Source: an uncultured Dehalococcoidia bacterium
GTDB lineage: Bacteria; Chloroflexota; Dehalococcoidia; UBA2247; RBG-13-53-26
Direction of reading: 5' to 3'
Length of the DNA stretch: 33,471 nt
Assembly (NCBI GenBank): GCA_964624525.1
Contig: CAZUZX010000002.1
Coordinates: forward strand, 1 to 33,471
Part shown: positions 9,394-17,350 of the stretch, piece by piece
Layout of the letters: each line of letters opens with the position of its first letter
How positions within the stretch are numbered: the first letter of the stretch is position 1
Program-made: the position numbers and the translations under genes
The notes under the pieces: model-generated
Told to the model about the DNA's origin: nothing
Databases searched by the model: none
The model's input: the letters and a program-made list of their open reading frames with translations, nothing else

Positions 9394-10798
9394 ACTCGTA
9401 AGGATGCGGCATATTTCGCACTGGTTCCACCTCCTTGGCGAGTTTGAATTTGATCCAAGCTTGGATCAAATCTTCGGTGAATACCCCTCCTTTTAGTAGA
9501 AACTCGTGATCTTCACTCAATGCATGTAGAGCTTCCTCTAAAGAGGTCGGTAGTGCTTTGATCTTTGCTCTTTCCTTCTCGCTCATCTGAAGAATGTCAG
9601 CATCAAAAGGACCAAATCCTTCCGCAGTGGGGTCTATCCGGTTCTCTATGCCATCAAGCCCGGCCATTAACATAGCCGATAGGGCGAGGTAGATGTTGCA
9701 TGTGGCATCTGGTGGTCGAAATTCTATCCGCTCGTTTTCTTTATTTATGTCGTAGGCTGGAATGCGAATAGCTGCAGTCCGGTTAGCCGCAGCAAAGAAC
9801 AGGTTTACCGGCGCCTCATAGCCGGGGACTAGCCTTTTGTAAGAATTGGTGCTTGGGCTAGTGAATGCTAGAAGCGCTGCGCCATGTTTCAGCAGGCCAC
9901 CAGCATAGTTTAGTCCCAATTGACTTAATCCAGCGTAGCCTCTCTTATCATAGAATAGAGAGGCTTTGCCATCAGACAGATACTGATGGACGTGCATGCC
10001 ACTGCCAGCTTCTCTATACAGAGGTTTTGGCATGAAGGTAACGGTCTTTTGGTGCTGTCGAGCAATGTTCCTAATGATGTATTTCATTAGCATTACAGCA
10101 TCTGCTGCCTCGAGCAGTGTACTATGTAGGACCTCTACCTCTACCTGCCCAGGGCCACCAACCTCGTGATGATGATACTTTACAGGTATTCCAGCATCGA
10201 GCATTATTCTGACCATGCTATCTCTAATATTGGAAGTAGTATCCGCAGGAGGGAGGCCTTGATATCCCCCCCTCATGGCAAACTTATATCCTAAACTCGG
10301 TTTTTCCTCCCTCTCGGTTTTCCAGAACGCCTCCTCAGAGTCGATAAAGTAGAAGGACTCATTGACCTCAGAGCCATATCTGATGTCATCAAAGATGTAA
10401 AACTCCAGCTCTGGGCTAAATAGAGCTATGCCTTTGTCAATAGACTTCAGATACTCTACAGCTTTCTTTGCAACACTGCGTGGAAATCGGGAGTAGACAG
10501 ATTTATCTGGTTCAAAGATGTCGCAGATTATGCTCAGCGTTTTCATGGCATAGAATGGATCGACAATTCCTGTTTTAGGGTCTGGGATTATCCTCGCGTC
10601 GCCTGCTTCAACCTTCTTGTAGCCGGGGTAACTCGAAGCATCTATGCCAATACCTTTGGTAAATGTTGTCTCGTCAAATCGGTTGACCGGCACAGATAGG
10701 TGATGCCATCGCCCAGGCAGGTCGATGACTTTAAAGTCTATCATTTCCACATTTTGACCCCTGGCAAATCTGAGCAACTCCTCCTTTGTTGAAAACAT
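9371..10798 (-). CDS. glnA: Glutamine synthetase type I (C-terminus PHPYEFALYYDI resembles the E. coli-type ...PHPVEFELYYSV end)
   Basis: 475 aa with GS catalytic-domain motifs (KPLYREAGSGMHVHQ, NSYKRLVPGYEAP, R.PDA.CN.YLA). SD GGAGGA lies 5 nt before the ATG. Confidence 0.9.
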   Translation of the reverse strand: MFSTKEELLRFARGQNVEMIDFKVIDLPGRWHHLSVPVNRFDETTFTKGIGIDASSYPGYKKVEAGDARIIPDPKTGIVDPFYAMKTLSIICDIFEPDKSVYSRFPRSVAKKAVEYLKSIDKGIALFSPELEFYIFDDIRYGSEVNESFYFIDSEEAFWKTEREEKPSLGYKFAMRGGYQGLPPADTTSNIRDSMVRIMLDAGIPVKYHHHEVGGPGQVEVEVLHSTLLEAADAVMLMKYIIRNIARQHQKTVTFMPKPLYREAGSGMHVHQYLSDGKASLFYDKRGYAGLSQLGLNYAGGLLKHGAALLAFTSPSTNSYKRLVPGYEAPVNLFFAAANRTAAIRIPAYDINKENERIEFRPPDATCNIYLALSAMLMAGLDGIENRIDPTAEGFGPFDADILQMSEKERAKIKALPTSLEEALHALSEDHEFLLKGGVFTEDLIQAWIKFKLAKEVEPVRNMPHPYEFALYYDI

Positions 10799-10872
10799 GT
10801 ATATCCTCCTTGCTAAAAGACTGTATTCATTAGAAGAAGACTAGAGTTTTTTGGTCCCTTTTAGATTTCCTA

Positions 10873-12600
10873 TTAATCCTTGGCTTCTATGGCAGACTTA
10901 GCCATAGCTTTAAACTGTGGCAGTGATTGCCTACCGAGATTGTCGCCATTGCGCAGGCGAACTGAGACAGTCAAGGTAGCCACCTCCTTATCGCCGACGA
11001 CCAACATATAAGGAATCTTCTCTAGCTGTGCCTCACGAATCTTAAAATTCATCCTTTCCGAGCGGGCATCCACACAGGTGCGCCAACCTTCGGCTTTTAG
11101 CTCCGCTTCTATTTTATAAGCATAATCCAGGTGGCGGTCGGCTATGGGAATGACTACGGCCTGAATTGGTGCGAGCCATAATGGAAAGGCGCCGGCATAG
11201 TGCTCGATGAGCAAGGCTAAAAAGCGCTCCATGCTTCCCAGAATAGCGCGATGAATCATGACTACCAGATGGGGTTGACCATCCTCGCCCACATAGGTAA
11301 CTTGGAAGCGTTCTGGCAGGTTGAAGTCTACCTGAACGGTAGGCCCTTGCCACGCTCGCCCTAGAGCATCCTGGAGCTTGATATCAATTTTTGGTCCATA
11401 AAATACCCCGGCTCCGGGGTCTATTTCATAAGGCAACTGGAGGCGATGGAGGGCTTTCTCTAGTGTTTGAGTAGCCTCATCCCAGATCTGGATGGTGCCG
11501 GCATACTTTTCCGGGCGGGTGGAGAGGAACACCTGATATTGCTGAAATCCAAAGGCTTCCATCATGAAGCGAGTGAGTTCCAATACTTCTATTATTTCAT
11601 TCTCTAGCTGGTCAGGGCGGCAGAAAATATGAGCATCATCTTGGGTAAATCCTCTCACTCTAGCTAGCCCATGCAGTACCCCAGAGCGCTCATAACGATA
11701 AACTGTGCCTAGTTCTGCCCAGCGTAGGGGCAACTCCCGATAACTACGAACCCTGGTCTTATACATTAAGATATGCCCCGGACAGTTCATCGGCTTGATA
11801 ATATACTCCTGCCCCTCAACATCCATCGGAGAGTAGAGGTAATCTCGATACATCTCCCAGTGTCCGCTAGTCTTCCAGAGTCCGGCTTTAAAGATATGGG
11901 GGGTATATACCAGGTCATACCCTCGCTTAAGATGTTCCTGCCTCCAGAAATCCTCAATAAGGTGGCGAACTAAAGCCCCCTTAGGATGCCAGTGGACTAA
12001 TCCTGGTCCAGCTTCCTCATGAAGACTAAAAAGATCGAGTTCCTTACCCAGCTTTCTATGGTCACGCCTTTCTGCTTCCTCAAGCTTATGAAGGTATTCC
12101 TCTAGGGACTGCTGGCTTTCGAAGGCTGTGCCATAAATCCGCTGTAGCATAGGTCTGCACTCATCCCCACGCCAGTAAGCTCCAGCGATGCTTAACAGCT
12201 TGAAAGGACCAATCTCACCAGTAGCGCTTAAGTGTGGTCCACGACAGAGGTCAACAAAAGAACCCTGACGATAGACGGAAAGTGACTCATCACCAAGGTC
12301 ATCAATTAATTCCAGCTTATAGGGTTGGGAGGCGAAGATTTGTCTTGCTGCCTCTTTATTTACCTCTTCCCTCATGAAAGGTAGGTTAGCTGCGATAATC
12401 TCCCTCATTTTCTCCTCGATTCGGGGAAGATCCTCAAGGGAAAGCGAGCGAGGTAGGTCAAAGTCATAATAGAAACCATCCTCAATAGATGGACCGATGC
12501 CCAGTTTCGCCTCAGGGAGAAGCGATAGCACCGCCTGAGCCATCACATGGGCTGCCGAGTGACGCATTGTCTCTAGCTTTTTCGTCTCTTGCTCAGCCAT
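10873..12600 (-). CDS. thrS: Threonyl-tRNA synthetase, short form lacking the N-terminal TGS domain
   Basis: Starts in the editing/SAD domain (HSAAHVMAQAV). Class II core and anticodon-binding domain follow. Only 98 nt separate the ATG from the upstream tRNA, so there is no room for a TGS domain. Confidence 0.9.
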   Translation of the reverse strand: MAEQETKKLETMRHSAAHVMAQAVLSLLPEAKLGIGPSIEDGFYYDFDLPRSLSLEDLPRIEEKMREIIAANLPFMREEVNKEAARQIFASQPYKLELIDDLGDESLSVYRQGSFVDLCRGPHLSATGEIGPFKLLSIAGAYWRGDECRPMLQRIYGTAFESQQSLEEYLHKLEEAERRDHRKLGKELDLFSLHEEAGPGLVHWHPKGALVRHLIEDFWRQEHLKRGYDLVYTPHIFKAGLWKTSGHWEMYRDYLYSPMDVEGQEYIIKPMNCPGHILMYKTRVRSYRELPLRWAELGTVYRYERSGVLHGLARVRGFTQDDAHIFCRPDQLENEIIEVLELTRFMMEAFGFQQYQVFLSTRPEKYAGTIQIWDEATQTLEKALHRLQLPYEIDPGAGVFYGPKIDIKLQDALGRAWQGPTVQVDFNLPERFQVTYVGEDGQPHLVVMIHRAILGSMERFLALLIEHYAGAFPLWLAPIQAVVIPIADRHLDYAYKIEAELKAEGWRTCVDARSERMNFKIREAQLEKIPYMLVVGDKEVATLTVSVRLRNGDNLGRQSLPQFKAMAKSAIEAKD

Positions 12601-12609
12601 TATTGGGCT

Positions 12610-12638
12610 ATATTATCAGGATATGGTAACTAGGGCAA
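12610..12638 (-). promoter_or_regulatory. Candidate thrS promoter placed for a (near-)leaderless transcript
   Basis: On the minus strand: TTGCCC (12633-12638), a 17-nt spacer, then TAATAT (12610-12615). The thrS ATG (12598-12600) starts 10 nt after the -10 box, and no SD sequence lies between them. Confidence 0.35.
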
Positions 12639-12653
12639 GAATCCCCCGAAACT

Positions 12654-12680
12654 AAAAGCTGAGAACCAAAAGCTCTCAGC
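12654..12680 (-). terminator. Rho-independent terminator downstream of tRNA-Val
   Basis: On the minus strand, a 7-bp stem gctgaga/tctcagc with a 9-nt loop is followed by TTTT (aaaa at 12654-12657 on plus). Confidence 0.5.
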
Positions 12681-12698
12681 CCCAAGAATACTAACTTA

Positions 12699-12774
12699 TG
12701 GTGGGCGGTAGTGGATTTGAACCACTGACCCCTGCGATGTCAACGCAGTACTCTAACCACTGAGCTAACCGCCC
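12699..12774 (-). tRNA. tRNA-Val (anticodon GAC), CCA encoded
   Basis: Reverse complement: GGGCGGT-TA-GCTC-AGTGGTTA-GAGT-A-CTGCG-TTGACAT-CGCAG-GGGTC-AGTGG-TTCAAAT-CCACT-ACCGCCC-A-CCA. This is a complete 76-nt cloverleaf folded by hand. Confidence 0.9.
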
Positions 12775-12850
12775 AACTGGGAAAAACTTATCAAATATAT
12801 TGAGCCAAGTCAAGCGCATTTTGAGAGAGTGTTTAGCAATTCTAACTGTT

Positions 12851-13050
12851 ATTGCTATGAAAATAGGCTTTCATCCGTTCGCCCTGAGCCTGTCGAAGGG
12901 CTGTTCATGGTTCGACAAGCTCACCACGAACGGCATCTAGTACATCAAATTTTATCCTTTGTGATGCCGATGATAATTGGCATGAATGATTCCGAGCGAA
13001 GCGAAGAATCTAGACCCTTCCCCTTCACTTCGTTCAGGGTCGGGGTGACA
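12851..13050 (+). repeat. Modular palindromic intergenic element (the type that yields SLSKG..FDKLTTNG pseudo-ORFs), copy 1
   Basis: 12851-12932 (82 nt) is the exact reverse complement of 16100-16181. 12963-12992 matches the reverse complement of 16042-16071 at 28/30. 13003-13020 (gaagaatctagacccttc) is identical to 19329-19346. The core is an imperfect hairpin (cgttcgccctgagcctgtcgaa / ttcgacaagctcaccacgaacg). Confidence 0.9.
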
Positions 13051-13075
13051 AAATAAACATCCTCTCTTGAGAAAC

Positions 13076-13084
13076 TGATATAAT
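13076..13084 (+). promoter_or_regulatory. Candidate extended -10 box TGATATAAT upstream of the 196-aa ORF
   Basis: An exact TGnTATAAT lies 59 nt upstream of the ATG at 13143. The same 9-mer occurs upstream of ftsH (26288-26296). Confidence 0.3.
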
Positions 13085-13142
13085 TATAAAACAGGAAAAT
13101 TTGAGAGACTAAAAAATACCCTGGCTAATTGAGGGGGATTAG

Positions 13143-13733
13143 ATGGATGAGATGAAAAGTGCTTTTGAAAAGGCAATGGAAAGAGTGGGAAAGATTGAGA
13201 AGGCTTCGGAAGAGGAACTCCTAAGATGGAAGTATGTGCCAGAAGGGCAAAGATTAGCTGTCAAATATCTTAAGGATGAATGTAATCTCACCGTTGAGCT
13301 GGGTAAGTATGGAGACGAGGCAAAACACTTTATAGTTGAGGGGGCGGAAGAGGTACTTCTGAGGAATATCAATCTACCCGCAAACGACTTTGCCCGGAAG
13401 AGCAATAAAAAGGCAATGGAAGCGATTAAGGCACTAAAAAGGGATAAGGCTGGGGTGGAAAATGTCTACAGTAAAATCAGGCGTATTTTTGCCCACTATG
13501 AACAGGAGGGTGAGCAACAGAGAAGACAAGCCTATGAGATGCTGAAGCAAGATTTCCAAGCCAAAATCCAGCAAGCAATTCAGCAACAAGGTGGTTTACC
13601 CGTGGGGGCTAAGATCAATGTAGAGAATCAGCCACAATTCCAACAAGAGTGGCGCATGGTTTTAACTCAACTGGATTCTCAATACCAGAAGCTACTTGAG
13701 GAATACAAGCAGGAGATAACTAGCATACGCTAA
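13143..13733 (+). CDS. Hypothetical protein, charged and Q-rich, probably coiled-coil
   Basis: 196-aa ORF with SD GAGGGGG 5 nt upstream. No motif recognised. Confidence 0.55.
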   Translation: MDEMKSAFEKAMERVGKIEKASEEELLRWKYVPEGQRLAVKYLKDECNLTVELGKYGDEAKHFIVEGAEEVLLRNINLPANDFARKSNKKAMEAIKALKRDKAGVENVYSKIRRIFAHYEQEGEQQRRQAYEMLKQDFQAKIQQAIQQQGGLPVGAKINVENQPQFQQEWRMVLTQLDSQYQKLLEEYKQEITSIR

Positions 13734-14215
13734 GAGATAAATTCCTTTTCAAAAGCTTGGTAAGCTTTAGCATCGAAGAGACAAAAAACTACCCTTTCTA
13801 AACCAGTTTCCCCCTGTAGATAGCTAATAGTATTAGAGAGCATGATTTTAGCACATCTATCGATGGGAAAACCGAAAATGCCGGCACTTATCGCCGGGAA
13901 GGCGATACTCTTAAGTTTGTGCTCATCCGCAAGCTTAAGGCTATTTAAGGTAGCGTTTTTTAGTTTTTCATCTTCGTTTCCCTCGCCGTAGCGAGGTCCC
14001 ACCGCATGGATGACGTATTTAGCCTTAAGATTACCTCCGGTAGTAATCACGGCACCCCCAACGAAGGTTCCGCCAATTCTATCGCATTCCTCTTGAATCT
14101 TTGGTCCTCCCTTTCGAGCGATAGCCCCAGCAACCCCTCCTCCTAACTTTAGAGCTGAGTTAGCGGCATTAACAATGGCGTCAGTTTCAAGCTCGGTAAT
14201 ATCACCTTGAACCAA
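13730..14215 (-). CDS. Macro-domain protein (O-acetyl-ADP-ribose deacetylase / ADP-ribose-binding, MacroD/YmdB-like)
   Basis: Motifs VQGDIT..E.DAIVNAAN..L..GGGVAGAI and ISAGIFGFP. There is no upstream in-frame ATG, so the TTG start stands. Confidence 0.85.
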   Translation of the reverse strand: MVQGDITELETDAIVNAANSALKLGGGVAGAIARKGGPKIQEECDRIGGTFVGGAVITTGGNLKAKYVIHAVGPRYGEGNEDEKLKNATLNSLKLADEHKLKSIAFPAISAGIFGFPIDRCAKIMLSNTISYLQGETGLERVVFCLFDAKAYQAFEKEFIS

Positions 14216-14278
14216 CTCAATGGTGGAGTTGTTAATCTTTTTCCTCGTAAACCATCCCCTTCCAAGGCTTTTAACACG

Positions 14279-14833
14279 TTACCGCATCAAGCCTTGTTTC
14301 TTATATTCTTGCGCCCATTGGGAATAAAATGAAGGACCATCCACCACCCACATCAGATGCTTCTCTGAAATCTTCCCCACAATTTTGGCGGGCACACCAG
14401 TAACAAAGGAGCCACTGGGAATTTGCATTCCCCTAGTAACCACAGCACCCGCAGCAATAATACAGTCATCGCCAGTCTCAACTTCATGAAGAACAGCAGC
14501 ATTTATGCCAACTAACACTTTATTCCCAATCCTTCGCGCATTGACTACCGCACCATGTCCAATGACCACATTATCACCAATATCTAAGGATGGAGGAGCA
14601 CCATGAACTACAGCGTTATCCTCAATATGGCTGTTATTGCCAATCCTTATGCTACCAAAATCACCTCTGACTACTGCCCCTGGCCAGACAGTGCAGTTTT
14701 CACCAATCTCCACATCTCCTACTATATAAGCACTCTCGCTAACCAGAGCTGAATCAGCTATCTTGGGCTTCTTATCACCGAGACTTCTTATCAACCCGCT
14801 ACCTCCTTGATTTACGTCTTTTAGGAATGGCAT
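14279..14833 (-). CDS. Gamma-carbonic-anhydrase-like / hexapeptide-repeat (LbH) protein, PaaY/YrdA/CaiE family
   Basis: Left-handed beta-helix hexapeptide repeats throughout (IGENCTVWPGAVVRGD..IRIGNNSHIEDNAVVHG...). Confidence 0.8.
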   Translation of the reverse strand: MPFLKDVNQGGSGLIRSLGDKKPKIADSALVSESAYIVGDVEIGENCTVWPGAVVRGDFGSIRIGNNSHIEDNAVVHGAPPSLDIGDNVVIGHGAVVNARRIGNKVLVGINAAVLHEVETGDDCIIAAGAVVTRGMQIPSGSFVTGVPAKIVGKISEKHLMWVVDGPSFYSQWAQEYKKQGLMR

Positions 14834-14926
14834 AATAAGATAACTTATATCTTCGCGTCAATAGCAGCTTCGACCTCAAAGAGAGGCGAACCTTTATAGT
14901 TCAATAGAAAAGGAGAAAAGACAGCA

Positions 14927-15109
14927 ATGAAGAAGGAACTGATGGAAATCCTTGCCTGTCCATTATGCAAGGGAGATCTTCAGCTTAATATCGAAGCAGA
15001 AAGTGAGAAGGAAGTGGTCACTGGTTCTCTCTATTGCGCTAAATGTAATCAGCGCTACCCCATTGTGGACTCTATCCCTAACCTTCTTCCCCCAGAGTTG
15101 AGGGATTAA
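14927..15109 (+). CDS. Trm112-family small zinc-ribbon protein
   Basis: 60 aa with the family pattern ILACPLCKG.L....CAKC...YPIVD.IPNLLP. SD AAAGGAG lies upstream. Confidence 0.8.
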   Translation: MKKELMEILACPLCKGDLQLNIEAESEKEVVTGSLYCAKCNQRYPIVDSIPNLLPPELRD

Positions 15110-15113
15110 AAGT

Positions 15114-15491
15114 TTAATCTCCCTCAGGGAAATAGGTCACGCAGCACTGCGGCGATTCCCATACTTGGATACTCGAGATAGAAATGCTCGTCCCTCGAAG
15201 CTGAGCTTGAAGTCTACTATAAATAGTAGAAGCGATATTCTCTGAGGAGGGATTAATCTTATCAAAGGGTGGTATCTCATTCAAGCAAGTGTGATCGAAT
15301 TTACTCAATATTTCCTCCAATTGTCGTCTCAGTTGAACGAAATCATAGGCTAAACCAACATCATCTATCTGCTCTGCTCTGATAGTAGCTACTACTTGGA
15401 AACGATGCCCGTGGAGGTTCTCACACTTACCCTGATAGCCTCTTAAATAATGAGCCGCATCAAAGTGCTGTTGAACAGAAACCTCATACAT
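15114..15491 (-). CDS. 6-carboxy-/6-pyruvoyl-tetrahydropterin synthase family protein (QueD/PTPS), possibly a FolB-replacing PTPS-III-type enzyme
   Basis: FDAAHYL...GKCENLHGHRF carries the C-x3-HGH zinc/catalytic motif. The start overlaps the folK stop by 8 nt. Confidence 0.8.
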   Translation of the reverse strand: MYEVSVQQHFDAAHYLRGYQGKCENLHGHRFQVVATIRAEQIDDVGLAYDFVQLRRQLEEILSKFDHTCLNEIPPFDKINPSSENIASTIYSRLQAQLRGTSISISSIQVWESPQCCVTYFPEGD

Positions 15492-15981
15492 CTTTAGCCC
15501 CCCGGTTCCACTTTTTAACTCCCTCTAATCCTTCTACCCTCCTCACCAGCTCTCTCACTGTCCTCCGGCTCACTGGGTGGATCAGCTCGGGAGCAATCTC
15601 CACCAAAGGGACAAGCACAAAGGCTCGCTCCTCTAAGCGGGGGTGGGGAATGGTTAATTGCGGTGAGTGAATAACTTGGTTAGCATAGAATAGAATATCA
15701 ATATCAATGGGGCGGGGGGCATTAGGAAAGCTAGGCACCCTGCCCAAAGCTGCCTCAATCTCCTTGACCAGAGAAAGTAATTCCTCCGGGGTAAGAGAGG
15801 TAGTTACTTGGCAGACTGCATTAAGAAACCGAGCCTGCTCACTATAACCCACCGGTTCAGTCTCATAAAGGGAGGACATCTGCTCTACGCGCATCTGTTG
15901 GGCTAAGAGTTCAATCGCTTTTATTAGGTTATGTTGGCGGTCACCCAAATTCGACCCTAGACCAAGGTATACAGTTACCAA
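15484..15981 (-). CDS. folK: 2-amino-4-hydroxy-6-hydroxymethyldihydropteridine pyrophosphokinase (HPPK)
   Basis: Motifs LGLGSNLGD, YETEPVGY..Q..FLNAV, RPIDIDILFY and IPHPRLEERAFVLVPL. Confidence 0.9.
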   Translation of the reverse strand: MVTVYLGLGSNLGDRQHNLIKAIELLAQQMRVEQMSSLYETEPVGYSEQARFLNAVCQVTTSLTPEELLSLVKEIEAALGRVPSFPNAPRPIDIDILFYANQVIHSPQLTIPHPRLEERAFVLVPLVEIAPELIHPVSRRTVRELVRRVEGLEGVKKWNRGAKDV

Positions 15982-15989
15982 GTCCAGCC

Positions 15990-16181
15990 TCTAAGCGAGA
16001 GGGTGTTTATCAACCCTACATGCCATTCTGAGCGAAGCGAAGAATCATTCATGCCAATTACCATCGGCACCACGATGAATGAAAATAAGTATGCTGGGGC
16101 GTTCGTGGTGAGCTTGTCGAACCATGAACAGCCCTTCGACAGGCTCAGGGCGAACGGATGAAAGCCTATTTTCATAGCAAT
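15990..16181 (-). repeat. Modular palindromic intergenic element, copy 2 (inverted relative to copy 1), inserted between folP and folK
   Basis: 16100-16181 is the exact reverse complement of 12851-12932. 16042-16071 matches module 2 at 28/30. The cattctgagcgaagcgaagaatc module lies at about 16024-16046. The left boundary is approximate. Confidence 0.9.
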
Positions 16182-16199
16182 GACATTACTGAACGCTCT

Positions 16200-17048
16200 C
16201 TAAGTTGCCGTCTTAGGGCATCTTCCCCTCACGATAGCATCGCTCATCTGACACACTCGCACCATTTGATAGACATCATGCACTCGCACCATGTCAGCCC
16301 CTTTGGCAATACTAATAGCTACCGTGGCTGCTGTTCCTTCCAGGCGCTGGTCTGCGGGCAAGCTAAGGACTAAGCCAATCATTGACTTACGGGAGGTGCC
16401 TACTAGGATAGGTCTATCTAAAGACCGAAGCTCATCCAAGCGGCAGACAATCTCCAAGTTCTGTTCTAGCGTTTTGCCGAAGCCTATGCCCGGATCAATA
16501 ATGATATTTTCCCAAGCTACCCCCGTCTCTAGTGCCAACTTGATGCTTCTTTTCAAACTAGAGATAACTTCAGGGATAATCTCCTGGCAAGGGGTATGGC
16601 GCTGGTTACTGGTGAGGATAATAGGCACTTTCCATTCTGCTGCCAGCTCAGCTAACCGGGGGTCATGTTTTAAGCCCCAGACGTCATTTATCATCCGAGC
16701 CCCTGAAGAAAGAGCCCGTTGGGCTACCTCCGATTTATAGGTGTCAATGCTCAACGGCAAAGGCACTTCATTAGCCAGCCGCTCTATTACTGGTATCACC
16801 CGGTGCAACTCTTCATCTACAGATATAGGGTTTGCGTTAGGGCGGGTTGACTCCCCCCCAATATCCAAGATATCAGCTCCCTCAGTTACAAAGCGCTGCG
16901 CCTGGGCTACAGCAGCCTCAATATCTCCCAAGCCATCGCCTGAGAAGGAGTCTGGACTAACATTGATAACACCCATAATGTAAGTCCTTTCCCCCCATCT
17001 AAATTCCTTATTTCCGCAACGAGTGATGCCTAGAGTAGAGCTATCCAT
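16200..17048 (-). CDS. folP: Dihydropteroate synthase
   Basis: Motifs IMGVINVSPDSFSGDG, DIGGESTRP, SIDT, INDV and GIGFGK. Confidence 0.9.
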   Translation of the reverse strand: MDSSTLGITRCGNKEFRWGERTYIMGVINVSPDSFSGDGLGDIEAAVAQAQRFVTEGADILDIGGESTRPNANPISVDEELHRVIPVIERLANEVPLPLSIDTYKSEVAQRALSSGARMINDVWGLKHDPRLAELAAEWKVPIILTSNQRHTPCQEIIPEVISSLKRSIKLALETGVAWENIIIDPGIGFGKTLEQNLEIVCRLDELRSLDRPILVGTSRKSMIGLVLSLPADQRLEGTAATVAISIAKGADMVRVHDVYQMVRVCQMSDAIVRGRCPKTAT

Positions 17049-17141
17049 TCCTTAACCTTAGTAGCTTTTTGAGATTGGATGCAGCTATATTCTAACACAG
17101 TAACCTAGACTTGAGAACGGCTTGGAGGAGTTTGGAGCGAA

Positions 17142-17170
17142 TTGACAATAGACCAGTAAGCACATAAAAT
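17142..17170 (+). promoter_or_regulatory. Near-consensus sigma70-type promoter for the two small Cys-rich genes
   Basis: TTGACA (17142-17147), a 17-nt spacer, then TAAAAT (17165-17170). It ends 38 nt upstream of the ATG at 17209. Confidence 0.5.
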
Positions 17171-17208
17171 TGAAATCAGAATTACTAAGATAAACGGGGG
17201 ATGCGAAA

Positions 17209-17328
17209 ATGGCAAATCAAATAGGTAAAAGATATTGCTGTGCCAAGTGTGGCGCGGAGTTTATCGTTACCCGCGGCGGTGAAGGCACCATTCACTGCTG
17301 TGGTCAACCTATGACTTTAAAGAAGTAA
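17209..17328 (+). CDS. Desulforedoxin-like small Fe(Cys)4 protein, 39 aa (not in the supplied ORF track)
   Basis: Hand translation: MANQIGKRYCCAKCGAEFIVTRGGEGTIHCCGQPMTLKK*. The C-x2-C ... CC-G-x-P-M pattern matches desulforedoxin and the N-domain of desulfoferrodoxin. A GGGGGA SD-like run lies 7 nt upstream. Confidence 0.65.
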   Translation: MANQIGKRYCCAKCGAEFIVTRGGEGTIHCCGQPMTLKK

Positions 17329-17350
17329 AGCTACGAGGTTATAGAGTAAA

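Noticed and set aside
9133-9447. 104-aa plus-strand ORF opposite the glnA remnant
   Set aside because: It is antisense to a region with clear glutamine-synthetase homology on the minus strand. It has no SD and no motif.
10799-10872. Methanogen-type NrpR operator (GGAA-N6-TTCC) upstream of glnA, nrpR, gltB-like or hisF
   Set aside because: Visual scanning of 1760-1809, 2935-3041, 8506-8698 and 10799-10872 found no instance. This was not an exhaustive computational scan.
12829-13056. 75-aa ORF (…VRPEPVEGLFMVRQAHHERH…) listed in the ORF track
   Set aside because: It lies entirely inside the palindromic repeat element. Its mirror-image ORF at 15975-16175 (…FALSLSKGCSWFDKLTTN…) is the same DNA read on the other strand. 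Both are repeat-derived pseudo-ORFs and not genes.
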